Assembly: GCA_001801685.1 (NCBI GenBank)
Contig: MGYJ01000031.1
Coordinates: 7,909 to 71,908, forward strand
Origin: Gammaproteobacteria bacterium RIFCSPHIGHO2_12_FULL_63_22
GTDB lineage: Bacteria; Pseudomonadota; Gammaproteobacteria; Xanthomonadales; Xanthomonadaceae
Reading direction: 5' to 3'
DNA length: 64,000 nt
Below are positions 50,365 to 62,026 of the stretch, piece by piece; within the stretch, counting starts at the first letter, position 1, and each line of letters opens with the position of its first letter. The position numbers and the translations under genes are program-made. The notes beneath the pieces were generated by a model, which had not been told where the DNA came from, ran no database searches, and saw only the letters and a program-made list of their open reading frames with translations.

Positions 50365-51948
50365 ATGACGCGGCGGCAACTGCTGCGCATGGTGGGAATG
50401 ACCGCCGGCAGCGCGGTGATGTACCAGGCCATGACCAGCCTGGGCCTGGCGGCCGAGACCCATTACAAGGGCAGGCCGCAGCTCGGCCCCGCGCCCAAGG
50501 GCGCGTCCGTACTGGTGCTGGGCGCCGGCATCGCCGGCCTGGTTACGGCGCTGGAGCTGCGCAAGGCCGGCTACCAGGTGCAGGTGCTCGAATACAACGC
50601 GAAGGCCGGCGGCCGCAACTGGACCCTGCGTGGCGGCGACACCTACACCGAACTGGGCGGCGAAGCGCAGCAATGCCGGTTCGACAAGGGCCTGTACATC
50701 AACCCCGGTCCCTGGCGCCTGCCGCACCACCACCACGGCATCCTCAGCTATTGCCGCGAGCTCGGCGTGCAGCTGGAAAATTTCGTGCAGGTGAACCACA
50801 ACGCCTATCTGCACAGCTCGAAGGCCTTCGGCGGCAAGCCGCAGCGCTACCGCACGGTGAAGGCCGACTACCACGGGCATATCGCCGAGTTGCTGGCCAA
50901 GGTCACCAGCGAAGGCAAGCTCGATGCCGTGGTCAGCAAGGAAGACAAGGAAAAACTGCTGGGTTCGCTGCAGTGGTGGGGCGCACTGGACGACAAGTAC
51001 AGCTACAAGAAGGGTTATGACAGCAGCGACCGCCGCGGCTTTGCGAAGGACGGCGGCGGTGGACTGACCGGCAAGCCGGAGTTCTCCGACCCGGTGGGAC
51101 TGCATGACGTGATCGACAGCGAGCTGTGGGGCAGCCTGCCGATGGGCGACCTGTACGACATGCAGAGTTCCTTGCTGCAGCCGGTCGGTGGCATGGACAT
51201 GATTGCGCAAGCCTTCGCGCGCGAACTCGGCGGCATCATCCGCTATCAATCCAAAGTGACCCAAATCCACCAGGACTCGAGTGGCGTGGTCGTCAGCTAC
51301 CAGGACACGGCCGCCCCGGGCGGCACGCTGACCGCCAAGGCCGACTGGTGCGTGTGCACGATTCCACTGTCCATCCTCAGCCAGCTCCCGATGAACGTCG
51401 GCGCGCCGATGACGGCTGCAATCAGCGCAGTCAACTACGCATCCGCGATCAAGATCGGCCTGCAATTCAAGCGCCGGTTCTGGGAAGAGGACGACCATAT
51501 CTACGGTGGCATCAGCTACACGGACCTGCCGATCAGCAACATCAGTTATCCGGCCACCGGCTATCACAGCCCGGGCAAGGGCGTGCTGCTGGGTGCCTAC
51601 CTGTGGGGCCCCAACGCGATGAAGATGACCTCGATGTCGCCGGCCGAACGCATTCGCGCAGCGGTGGAACAAGGCGCCCAGATCCATCCGCAATATCCAG
51701 CCGAATTCGACAACGGCATGGCCGTCGCCTGGCATCGCGTACCGCACGCGATGGGTTGCTTCGCCTTGTGGACCGACGCGAAGCGCGAAGAGCATTACAA
51801 CAATCTGTGCGCCTTCGACGGCCGCATCGTGCTGGCGGGTGAACACGCGTCGTACCTGCCCGCCTGGCAGGAGGGTGCGGTCACATCCGCACTGGATGCG
51901 ATCGGCCGCTTGCACCAGCGCGCGCTGGCCGAAGGAGCGAAGGCATGA
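50365..51948 (+). CDS. Tat-exported flavin-dependent L-amino acid oxidase family protein
   Basis: TRRQLL Tat motif, GAGIAG, GGRNWT, NPGPWR, AGEH, WQEGA. Confidence 0.88.
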   Translation: MTRRQLLRMVGMTAGSAVMYQAMTSLGLAAETHYKGRPQLGPAPKGASVLVLGAGIAGLVTALELRKAGYQVQVLEYNAKAGGRNWTLRGGDTYTELGGEAQQCRFDKGLYINPGPWRLPHHHHGILSYCRELGVQLENFVQVNHNAYLHSSKAFGGKPQRYRTVKADYHGHIAELLAKVTSEGKLDAVVSKEDKEKLLGSLQWWGALDDKYSYKKGYDSSDRRGFAKDGGGGLTGKPEFSDPVGLHDVIDSELWGSLPMGDLYDMQSSLLQPVGGMDMIAQAFARELGGIIRYQSKVTQIHQDSSGVVVSYQDTAAPGGTLTAKADWCVCTIPLSILSQLPMNVGAPMTAAISAVNYASAIKIGLQFKRRFWEEDDHIYGGISYTDLPISNISYPATGYHSPGKGVLLGAYLWGPNAMKMTSMSPAERIRAAVEQGAQIHPQYPAEFDNGMAVAWHRVPHAMGCFALWTDAKREEHYNNLCAFDGRIVLAGEHASYLPAWQEGAVTSALDAIGRLHQRALAEGAKA

Positions 51949-52427
51949 GCCTGCTGAAATCGAAACGCCTGCCCCGCACGATGCTGTTGCTGGCGATGCT
52001 GGTCGCGCTTGGGATGCCTGCCGTAGCGGCCGACAATGCGGCAGACCCGAAGGCGCCCGCCAAGCCCGTCGCCGAAGACACCGGCATGATGGGCACCAAC
52101 GACGGCGAAAAGATCTACCAGCAGATTTGCGCCGGCTGCCACATGAAGGATGGACGGGGCGCCACGGGCGCGGGCAGCTATCCTTCGTTCGCAGGCAGCG
52201 CCAACATGGCTTCGTCGCGCTATGTCGCCATCACGATGTTGACCGGCCGCCGCAACATGCCCGCGTTCGCGCCGCCGCGCCGGAACGAATTCTATTTCCC
52301 GCCGGTGTGGTTGAATGACGTGCAGGTCGCCAACGTGGTCAACTACATCCGCAGCAATTTCGGCAACAACTATCCGGACCCGATCACCGCTGATGACGTG
52401 CGTGCATTGCAACCGGACAAAAAATAA
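51945..52427 (+). CDS. Monoheme cytochrome c
   Basis: Signal peptide, CAGCH, MPAF. Confidence 0.9.
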   Translation: MSLLKSKRLPRTMLLLAMLVALGMPAVAADNAADPKAPAKPVAEDTGMMGTNDGEKIYQQICAGCHMKDGRGATGAGSYPSFAGSANMASSRYVAITMLTGRRNMPAFAPPRRNEFYFPPVWLNDVQVANVVNYIRSNFGNNYPDPITADDVRALQPDKK

Positions 52428-52440
52428 AGGGAGATCCACC

Positions 52441-52935
52441 ATGCGTCTTTTCACCGCCCCACTGCTCGCCCTCCTGATCGCGCCGGGCCTCGCCTCGGCC
52501 AGCGAAGTCGTCCGCCATAAACTGCCCGGTGGCAGCACCTTCCCCATCCTTGCAGCGGTCGAGGTGCCGGCCGGCAAGACCACCGTGTATCTCAGCGGCA
52601 TGGTCCCCAAGCCCACCAATGCCGACGCCGGCAAGGACGTGGCCGCCGTCTACGGTGATACCAAGACGCAGACCATCAGCGTGATGAACGTGATCAAGGC
52701 GCAGCTCGAGTCCATGGGCCTGACCATCGGCGACATCGTGAAGATGCAGGTGTTCCTGGTCGGCGACCCGGCCAAGGAAGGCAAGATGGATTTCGGCGGC
52801 TTCATGCAGGGCTATAGCGAGTTCTTCGGCACGGCCGAGCAACCCAACCTGCCGACGCGCTCGACCATGCAAGTCGCCGCGCTGGCCAATCCCGCCTTCC
52901 TGGTTGAAATCGAAGTCACGGCGGTCAGGCCCTGA
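52441..52935 (+). CDS. Secreted RidA/Rid family protein
   Basis: Signal peptide, YLSG, PTRST (catalytic Arg), LVEIEV. Confidence 0.88.
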   Translation: MRLFTAPLLALLIAPGLASASEVVRHKLPGGSTFPILAAVEVPAGKTTVYLSGMVPKPTNADAGKDVAAVYGDTKTQTISVMNVIKAQLESMGLTIGDIVKMQVFLVGDPAKEGKMDFGGFMQGYSEFFGTAEQPNLPTRSTMQVAALANPAFLVEIEVTAVRP

Positions 52936-53693
52936 TCAGGCTTTCAGTTTCCAGCCGGTCTTGAAGATCCACCACACGGCGACCAGGCACAGCGCCAGGA
53001 AGCCGAGGATCGCGGCCACGCTGATGCCGACGTTTACGTCGGCAACACCGTAAAAGCTCCAGCGGAAGCCGCTGATCAGGTACACCACCGGGTTGAACAA
53101 GGTGATCTTCTGCCAGATCGGCGGCAGCATGTTGATGGAATAGAACGCGCCGCCCAGGAAGGTCAGCGGCGTCACGATCATCAACGGGATCACCTGCAGT
53201 TTCTGAAAGTCATCGGCCCACAGTCCGATGATGAAACCGAACAGGCTGAAGGTGATGGCGGTCAGCACCAGGAAGGACAGCATCCAGAACGGATGGGCGA
53301 TTTCGTAGGGCACGAAGAGGCGCGCCGTCACCAATATCAACAGGCCGAGCATCACCGACTTGGTCGCGGCCGCGCCGACATAGCCGATCACCACTTCCAC
53401 GTACGACACTGGCGCGGACAGCAGTTCGAAGATGGTGCCCGCCCACTTGGGCATGTAGATGCCGAACGAGGCGTTCGAGATGCTCTCGTTCAACAACGAC
53501 AGCATGATCAGGCCGGGGATGATGAAGGCGCCGTAGCTGATGCCGTCCACCTCGCCCATGCGCGAGCCGATGGCGGCGCCGAACACCACGAAGTAGAGCG
53601 ACGTGGACAGCACCGGGGAGGCGATGGACTGGGTGATGGTGCGGAAGGTGCGCGCCATCTCGAAGCGGTAGATGGCCTTGACGCCGTGCCAGT

Positions 53694-53697
<4 letters not shown>
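52936..53697 (-). CDS. ABC-2 transporter permease (YadH-like)
   Basis: [30 protein letters not shown]. Confidence 0.92.
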
Positions 53698-54641
<944 letters not shown>

Positions 54642-56176
54642 CCAGAAATACTATCAGCGTCCCGTCGTGACCTGGCCAGCACCGTGTCGCCGAACAGGGC
54701 CTCGTTCGCTCCCCACGCGTCCACGTCGGGAATTTCCCGCCAGTTGGAGGCGATGACGCCCAGGGAGGCCATGCGGGTCATGGAGCCATGCGTGCCGAAT
54801 CGTCCGCGCAGGGACGACAGGGCCAGCAAGGCGGGATTGCCGATTTCATAGCCATCCGATAGCGACACCAGCACCTTGCTTGGATGTTTCACCGAGCCGT
54901 GGAACGCCCGCCAAAGCCGCCGCAAGGGGTCGGGCCGGGCGCTGTCCTTCGTTGCATCGAACCACTGCGACGCGCTCCATTGCAGCTCGCCATCGGCGGC
55001 GGAGTTCGACGCGGTCGCCCACGCCAGCAGGCCCAGCGGATCGCCGGATTTGACGCGGTAGCCGAAGCTCTCCCGCAAGCCGCCTTCAATGAGGCGCACA
55101 TTGGCTTCGCCATCGCGGTTGATCACCAGTACGGAGTCGTCGTGGTCAACGGCCACCAGGTCCACGCCCGGCAGGCGGGCGAAGCAGCGCGCGACGGCAT
55201 CCGCATCCGCCGGCGCCATCATCAGTGCGACGGAGCCGACTATGCCCGGCTTGGGATAGACCACGTCACCCGGGCCCGCGACGCTGCGGCTGCGGCGCAG
55301 CCCGCACCCGGCCAACTCCCGTTCCAGCGCCAGCACCTTGCCGCGCACCAAGGTCGAACCATGGTCGGACACCAGGTCCACCTGCAGGTAACGGCCGGTC
55401 CTGCGCAGCGTCTTTTCCTGCAACTGCGCCAGGTAGTCGTCCAGCCACAACAGGAATCGCCGCGTCCCCTCGCGGCCCTGCAGGTGCACCAGCGGATCGC
55501 TGGTGCCCAGGTAGGCGACGAAGTCGTGCTTCCTGCTGGCCATCAGCTCGCGTTCGATCTGGCGCAGGTCGCGAATTGCTGTCGAGTAGGAAGCGACATA
55601 GCCCAACACGCGATGCGGAATGCTGTCGCCGCTGGAGTCGGCGGCAATCTTGGGATGCGCGCGCCCGTTCAAGGACGCGATGGTCGTGCCCACGACGCGA
55701 TTGCTGGCCGGGTCGTAACGAACGAACTGATAACCGTCGGGCGGGTCGCCGCCGCCGATCGCCGCGAACGCGACCTCGGACAGGGATGGAAACGTCGACA
55801 CCATTCGCGCCGCCGGGTGGAACTGGCGGAAGTGCCCTTCCGACTGGAGTTCAATGAAGACATCGAACGGGATGCCGTCGAGCGCCAGCACCAGTCGCCG
55901 GGGCATGCCGTCTTCCGACGCCGGGGCGCCAGCGCCTGCAGCAGCCAGGGCGACCGGGCAGCCCGCCAGCAGGACCCAGGGCAACAAGGCCTTGCGAAGG
56001 CGGACGACGACGCTGGATCGGTTCGCGTGCATCATGCTGGCTCCCGAGAATTCAAAGCCTACTCGCCGCCTTCGGCTGCACGCTGACCGGCGGCTGACTG
56101 GCGCGTTCGTGGCGGGCCTCGCGCGGCACGGGAATCAGGTTGAATATCAGGGTCTAGATTCGCCAGGAGAAGCCAG

Positions 56177-56896
56177 ATGAACATCCTTCCAAGATCCGCT
56201 TTCCTGTTGCTGGCGTTGGCCGCTGGAAGCCAGGTCGCTGCGTCGGATACACCACATGCCGATGTCCCGAGCACGCGTGATCAGGCTGCCCAGGCCTGGC
56301 GCGCCGAGGGACTGCAAGCGATGAACGTCCGCGGCATGGACGTGGCCTATGCGCAGCCCGGCGCGAGCCTGCAGGCCTACCACGGCATCCTGGTCAAGCC
56401 GGTCACCGTTTCGTTCCAGAAGAACTGGGAGCGCAGTGCGGCCATTCCCATCGGCACGCGACTGCATCCGCGCGATACCGACCGCATTCGTGAAGACGTG
56501 GCGGGCGTCGTGGATCGCGAAATCAAACGAGAGTTCGAGACAGGCGGCTGGCGGGTAGTGGATGCCCCCGGCGCGGGCGTGCTCGAGGTCGAGGTGCGGG
56601 TCGTTGACCTCTACCTCAACGCACCCGACATCCAGACCGCAGGCAGGACCCAGAGCTACGCGCGATCCTTCGGCAGGCTGACCCTGGTCGCCGAGCTGCG
56701 TGACTCGGCCACCGGCGCGGTCGTGATGCGCCTGCTCGATCGCACGATCGGCCACGACCACATCACCCTCGAGCCCACGGGGCGGGTGGAAAATGCGCGC
56801 GAAGTCGGCATCGTCGCCAGCGACTGGGCGCGCGACCTGCGGCGGCAACTCGAGCTTGCCCGGGTGGCGGGCGACAGGTCTAATGGCCGGCCCTGA
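56177..56896 (+). CDS. DUF3313-like exported protein
   Basis: Signal peptide, LVAELRDSATG pattern. Confidence 0.65.
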   Translation: MNILPRSAFLLLALAAGSQVAASDTPHADVPSTRDQAAQAWRAEGLQAMNVRGMDVAYAQPGASLQAYHGILVKPVTVSFQKNWERSAAIPIGTRLHPRDTDRIREDVAGVVDREIKREFETGGWRVVDAPGAGVLEVEVRVVDLYLNAPDIQTAGRTQSYARSFGRLTLVAELRDSATGAVVMRLLDRTIGHDHITLEPTGRVENAREVGIVASDWARDLRRQLELARVAGDRSNGRP

Positions 56897-56914
56897 GCCG
56901 GACTTCATCCTGAA

Positions 56915-57580
56915 ATGCTGGAAACCGTCGAGCAGCAAACCCGGGCGCGCCCCGCCTGGACCATCCTGTGGTTGCATGGACTCGGCGCCGACGGCCACGA
57001 CTTCGCACCTATCGTGCCGGAACTGGTCCGGCCGGACTGGCCGGCCATCCGCTTCGTGTTTCCGCATGCGCGAGTGCGCCCGGTCACCATTAACGGCGGC
57101 GTGCCGATGCGCGCCTGGTACGACATCAACAGCCTGTCCATCGACCAGCGCGCCGACGAGACCGGCCTGCGCGAATCAATCGCCGAAGTGGATGCGCTGA
57201 TATCGCGCGAGCGCGATCGCGGCGTGCCGCCTTCGCGCCTGTTGCTGGTCGGTTTTTCGCAGGGTGGCGCCGTTGCACTGGCGAGCGGCCTGCGCCGCGA
57301 AGCGGGCGTTGCCGGCATCGCCTGCCTGTCGGGCTACCTGCCGCTCGGCGACAAGACCCGCGCCGAAATCACCCCCGCAGGCATCGCCACGCCGGTTTTC
57401 ATGGGCCATGGCAGCCAGGACCCGGTGGTCGCGCCGGTGCTGGCCACCCGGTCGCGCGCGGCCCTGCAGGATCTGGGCGTAAAGGTCGAATACCACGCGT
57501 ATCCGATGGCGCATAGCGTCTGCAATGACGAAGTCCGCGACCTGGGCGACTGGCTGACGGTGCGTTTCGCGGGCGGCTGA
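56915..57580 (+). CDS. Phospholipase/carboxylesterase
   Basis: LHGLG, RAWYD, GFSQG, HGSQD, final His. Confidence 0.92.
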   Translation: MLETVEQQTRARPAWTILWLHGLGADGHDFAPIVPELVRPDWPAIRFVFPHARVRPVTINGGVPMRAWYDINSLSIDQRADETGLRESIAEVDALISRERDRGVPPSRLLLVGFSQGGAVALASGLRREAGVAGIACLSGYLPLGDKTRAEITPAGIATPVFMGHGSQDPVVAPVLATRSRAALQDLGVKVEYHAYPMAHSVCNDEVRDLGDWLTVRFAGG

Positions 57581-57594
57581 CCCATACTTCGGCC

Positions 57595-58632
57595 ATGGCC
57601 GACGTCGAACGCCGCCCCTGGTTCCCTGATTTCTGTCGATTGCCGCGCATCGCCGCGGTCTTGGCCATCGCCGAACTGGTCGTGCTGATCATCGGCCTGG
57701 CCCCGACCCACGGCCAGGCCTGGACGGTGAACGAGTTCCTGGCCGCCAGCGCGTTTTCGCTGTGGATGGGTCTGACCATCGCCGTCGTCTACTGCAAGGC
57801 CGGTCCGCTGGTGGACCGCCAGCCGCGCGGACTCGCACTGGCCTTCGCCGCGGCCCTGCCCTTGGCCGTGGCCGCCTTCGGCGCCTGGGCCGTGCAACAG
57901 ATCGACATCGGCCTCGGCACCCACTACACCTTGCCCGACGACCAGCGCTGGCGTTTCGTCGGCAGCGTCTCTGCCTTGGCCATGCTGATTTCGGCGTTGG
58001 CGCTGCGCTATTTCTATGTCACCGAGCAATGGAATTCCCGACTCAAGGCGCACGCCAAGGCCGAGGTGGATGCCTTGCAGGCGCGCATCCGCCCGCACTT
58101 CCTGTTCAATTCGATGAACACCATCGCCAGTCTCGTGCGCACCGATCCGCCCACTGCGGAGCGCGCGGTGGAAGACCTGTCGGAATTGTTTCGTGCGGCG
58201 CTGGGTGCGGGGCAGGGCGAATCCACGCTGGCGGAGGAAATCCACCTCGCCAAACGCTATCTCGCCATCGAAGCCTTGCGTCTTGGGCCGCGCCTGCGCG
58301 TGCACTGGCAAGTGGCTGACGCCGCACCGCTCGACCTGCGCATGCCGCGGCTGGTGTTGCAGCCACTGGTCGAGAACGCCGTGCTGCATGGCATCGCGCA
58401 ACTCGCCGATGGCGGCGACATCCACATTGAAATCGCGCCCGAAGGCCGCCGGCTGCGCTTGCGCATCAGCAATCCCGCGCCCGCACCGCGGCCGGGGCTG
58501 GAGCCGGGCAACCAGCACGCCCAGGATTCCATCGCACAACGGCTGGCCTATCATTTTGGCGCTGACGCGAAGTTCCATCGAAGCACGCGCGACGGCATCT
58601 ACCTCTGCGAAATCGAGTTGCCCCTGCCATGA
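57595..58632 (+). CDS. LytS-type sensor histidine kinase (AlgZ/FimS-like)
   Basis: LQARIRPHFLFNSMN, QPLVENAVLHG. Confidence 0.92.
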   Translation: MADVERRPWFPDFCRLPRIAAVLAIAELVVLIIGLAPTHGQAWTVNEFLAASAFSLWMGLTIAVVYCKAGPLVDRQPRGLALAFAAALPLAVAAFGAWAVQQIDIGLGTHYTLPDDQRWRFVGSVSALAMLISALALRYFYVTEQWNSRLKAHAKAEVDALQARIRPHFLFNSMNTIASLVRTDPPTAERAVEDLSELFRAALGAGQGESTLAEEIHLAKRYLAIEALRLGPRLRVHWQVADAAPLDLRMPRLVLQPLVENAVLHGIAQLADGGDIHIEIAPEGRRLRLRISNPAPAPRPGLEPGNQHAQDSIAQRLAYHFGADAKFHRSTRDGIYLCEIELPLP

Positions 58633-59369
58633 AAATATTGATCGTCGACGATGAACAGCCGGCCCGGCAACGGCTGGCGGCGATGCTGGCCGGGCTCGAC
58701 GACATCGTGGTGGTGGGCGAAGCGGCGAACGGCCGCGAGGCGGTGGAAAAAGCCGGCGCCCTGGCCGCGGATGCGGTGCTGATGGATATCGCGATGCCGG
58801 TGATGGACGGGCTGGAAGCGGCGCGCCACCTGGCGCGGCTCGAGCCGCGACCGGCGGTCATTTTCTGCACCGCCTACGACGAACACGCACTGGCCGCGTT
58901 CGAGGCCGCCGCCGTGGACTATCTGGTCAAGCCAGTGCGGCAGGAGCGCCTGCTGGAGGCGCTGGAACGGGCGCGCCGAAGCCGCACGCCCACCGCACCA
59001 CCCGCTCCCGCCGAAATTCCAGGCGCGCCGCACCGGCAACGCAGCCACCTGGCGGCGCGCATGCGCGGCAACCTGCGGCTGATCCCGATCGAGGACGTGC
59101 ATTACCTGCTGGCCGAGGAAAAATACGTGCTGGTGCACCACGCGCGTGGCGAGGACCTGATCGAGGAATCGTTGAAGTCGCTGGAACAGGAATTCTCCGA
59201 TCGTTTCCAGCGCATCCATCGCAATTGCCTGGTGGCCAACGACGAATTCCTGGAACTCAAGCGGATGCCGGATGGGCAGGTGCACGCCATCCTGCGCCAC
59301 GGCAAGATGCCGCTGGAAGTGAGCCGCCGCTGCCTGCCGACCCTGCGCGAGCGTCTCAAGCACCTGTAA
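58629..59369 (+). CDS. LytTR response regulator (AlgR-like)
   Basis: IVDDE, MDIAMP, DYLVKP, RIHR, VSRR. Confidence 0.93.
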   Translation: MKILIVDDEQPARQRLAAMLAGLDDIVVVGEAANGREAVEKAGALAADAVLMDIAMPVMDGLEAARHLARLEPRPAVIFCTAYDEHALAAFEAAAVDYLVKPVRQERLLEALERARRSRTPTAPPAPAEIPGAPHRQRSHLAARMRGNLRLIPIEDVHYLLAEEKYVLVHHARGEDLIEESLKSLEQEFSDRFQRIHRNCLVANDEFLELKRMPDGQVHAILRHGKMPLEVSRRCLPTLRERLKHL

Positions 59370-59424
59370 GGCGACGCGCCGCCCGCTGCCCCAACAGCGA
59401 CGGGTGATGAGCGATAATGCGCCG

Positions 59425-60342
59425 ATGAAAACCTTCCGACTGGCGACACGACAAAGCGCACTGGCGCTCTGGCAGACCGAACACGTGGCGGCGCGACTGC
59501 GCGTGGCCCATCCCGGCCTCGAAGTCGAACTGGTGCCGATGACGACCCGGGGCGATCGCATCATCGATCGACCCCTGTCGGAAATTGGCGGCAAGGGCCT
59601 GTTCCTGAAGGAACTTGAAGTGGCGATGCTGGAAGGCGCGGCCGATGCCGCCGTGCATTCGCTGAAAGACGTACCGATGATGCTGGACGGTCCGTTCGAG
59701 CTGGCCGCGATCCTGGAGCGCGGCGATGCGTTCGACGCTTTCGTGTCCGATCGCTACACCAACATCGACGCGCTGCCGAAGGGCGCGCGCGTGGGCACGT
59801 CATCGCTGCGCCGCCAGGCCCAGTTGCGCGCGCGCCGCCCCGACCTGGTGCTGGCCGATCTGCGCGGCAACGTGAATACGCGATTGGCCAAGATGGAGAC
59901 GGGCGAATACGACGCCATCATCCTGGCCTGCGCAGGCCTGGAGCGATTGGGCCTGTCGCGCTACATCCGCCATCGCCTGGATGCGCCGGGTTGGCTGCCG
60001 GCGGTGGCGCAAGGCGCGATCGCGATCGAGTGCCGCGAAGGCGATGCCGATGCCGCGAAAATCTTGTCGGCGCTCGACCATGCACCGACGCGAATCTGCG
60101 TGGAGGCCGAGCGTGCGATGAATCGCCGCCTGCACGGCAGTTGCACCGTGCCTATCGCCGCCTATGCCGCGCTCGATGGCAGCGCGCTGACGCTGGAAGG
60201 CCTGGTCGGATCGGCCGCGACCGGCGAGTGCATCCGAGCAACCCATGTCGGCCGTGCCGCTGATCCGGAAGGCCTTGGCCGCCTGGTGGCTGCGGAGTTG
60301 ATGGTGAAAGGCGCGGGGCGCCTGCTCGGCCTGTCGGGCTGA
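59425..60342 (+). CDS. hemC: Porphobilinogen deaminase
   Basis: [41 protein letters not shown]. Confidence 0.97.
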   Translation: MKTFRLATRQSALALWQTEHVAARLRVAHPGLEVELVPMTTRGDRIIDRPLSEIGGKGLFLKELEVAMLEGAADAAVHSLKDVPMMLDGPFELAAILERGDAFDAFVSDRYTNIDALPKGARVGTSSLRRQAQLRARRPDLVLADLRGNVNTRLAKMETGEYDAIILACAGLERLGLSRYIRHRLDAPGWLPAVAQGAIAIECREGDADAAKILSALDHAPTRICVEAERAMNRRLHGSCTVPIAAYAALDGSALTLEGLVGSAATGECIRATHVGRAADPEGLGRLVAAELMVKGAGRLLGLSG

Positions 60343-60352
60343 CGCGCGGCAC

Positions 60353-61273
60353 TCAGTAGTACAACGACACCAGGTGCTTGGCTTCGGCGAAAAATAGCCA
60401 GCGTTCCACCAACGTGCCGGCCAGCGCCGCAATCGATGCCGCCAGCAACCAGGGGCCGGCATCGACGTGCACTAGCAGATAGACCGGCAACGCAAGCAGC
60501 GCCGGCACCAGTGCAAACAAGGTCGTGGCAATCACGCGCAGCCGCTTCGAGTGCTTGCGCGCCAGCACGAAACCCATCTCGCGCAGCAGGTAATTGGCCT
60601 CGGTGTGCGGGCGTTCGAACACGGAAACCCTGCGATCTTCGGGAAGACCCAGCGCGGCGTTGCGCGTCACCGGCAACGGTCGGCTGTCGATGTCTCGCCA
60701 GGCGCGGCGCTTGAAGCGCCACAGCACGGCTGCGCCGAGCATCACCGCGAATCCCGCCATGTTGGTCACCGGCCATCCCGACAGCGCGAAAACGGCGGCA
60801 AACAACAGGCCGCCGGTAAACAGCGCAAAGACCAGGTACACCGGCAGCACCAGCGGATGGCGCCAGGCCGGAATGGGCTTGAGCGAGGCGTAGATCATCG
60901 CCGTGCAGGCGACGGTCGCCAGGGAAAATATCGCGAGCAAGGCGCCGGCGATCCGGGCGTCGAGAATGTAGTGCGAGGCCGCAGCCAGGCACAGCGCGGG
61001 CACGTAGCAAAGCACGGCCGCGATGCCCTCGCGTGACAGCCACGAACTGCGCCACTGGCTGAAGGCGCGCCACGCCCGCAGCGGCTTGCCCAGGTGCAGC
61101 GTGGATGACAACAAGCCCGCGGTAACCATCACGAAGCCCAATGCCAGCGCCGCCAGCGTCGGCGTGCGCGTGAGCGGCTGGCCGGTGGCGGCCAGCAGCC
61201 CCAGCCAGAACCACAGGCCATAACCCGCGCCTGAAAACGTGGTGAAGAAGATGACGGAAAAGGACGGGTGCAT
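60353..61273 (-). CDS. DmsC/SoeC-like membrane anchor
   Basis: MHPSFSVIFFT, HLGKPLRAW, SWLSRE, ERWLFFA. Confidence 0.85.
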   Translation of the reverse strand: MHPSFSVIFFTTFSGAGYGLWFWLGLLAATGQPLTRTPTLAALALGFVMVTAGLLSSTLHLGKPLRAWRAFSQWRSSWLSREGIAAVLCYVPALCLAAASHYILDARIAGALLAIFSLATVACTAMIYASLKPIPAWRHPLVLPVYLVFALFTGGLLFAAVFALSGWPVTNMAGFAVMLGAAVLWRFKRRAWRDIDSRPLPVTRNAALGLPEDRRVSVFERPHTEANYLLREMGFVLARKHSKRLRVIATTLFALVPALLALPVYLLVHVDAGPWLLAASIAALAGTLVERWLFFAEAKHLVSLYY

Positions 61274-62025
61274 CAGCGGCTCAGGGCGCGGTCGAGCCAG
61301 CGCAGCAGGGGTGGCAGGGAATCCTGGTCGAGTTTTTCCGCGACCGGTTCGATCGGCTGCATCGTTGCAGCGCCCGCCCGGCGCGGCCGCGGCGGCAGGT
61401 ACTTGTTGACGGGTGCATAACCCAGTTCGGGCATCAGGCTGACGCCGTCACGCGCGGCCACCAGCAGCGACACCGCCGATTCCGGATCGCCCAGGTCGCC
61501 GAAGTGCCGCGCGCGGGTCGGACACGCCTGCACGCAGGCAGGCTGCCGCACTTCTTCCGGAATGTTCTCGTTGTAGATGCGATCCACGCACAGCGTGCAT
61601 TTCTGCATCACGCCTTCCACCGCGGACACCTCGCGCGCGCCGTAGGGGCAGGCCCAGCTGCACAACTTGCAGCCGATGCACTTGTCCTCGTCCACCAGCA
61701 CGATGCCGTCTTCAGCGCGCTTGTAGCTGGCGCCGGTGGGACACACGCTCACGCAGGCCGGCGTTTCGCAATGCAGGCACGAGCGCGGGAAGTGCAGCGT
61801 CATCGCCGGCTGCGCGTCGAGCGCCTCGACTTCGTAGCTATGCACGCGATTGAACCAGACGCCGAAGGGATCCTTGCCGTAGGGGTTCTCGTCCGTCAGC
61901 GGTCCGCTGATGCCGCCGGCGTTCCATTCCTTGCAGGCTACCGCGCAGGCATGGCAGCCGACGCAGGTATCGAGGTCGATCACCAGACCGAGTTTCACTT
62001 TCGATGGCACGGGCAAGCTGGTCAT
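61273..62025 (-). CDS. DmsB/SoeB-like 4Fe-4S subunit
   Basis: CVGCHAC, CLHCETPAC, CIGCKLC, CTLC, CVQACP clusters. Confidence 0.9.
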   Translation of the reverse strand: MTSLPVPSKVKLGLVIDLDTCVGCHACAVACKEWNAGGISGPLTDENPYGKDPFGVWFNRVHSYEVEALDAQPAMTLHFPRSCLHCETPACVSVCPTGASYKRAEDGIVLVDEDKCIGCKLCSWACPYGAREVSAVEGVMQKCTLCVDRIYNENIPEEVRQPACVQACPTRARHFGDLGDPESAVSLLVAARDGVSLMPELGYAPVNKYLPPRPRRAGAATMQPIEPVAEKLDQDSLPPLLRWLDRALSR

Positions 62026-62026
62026 G

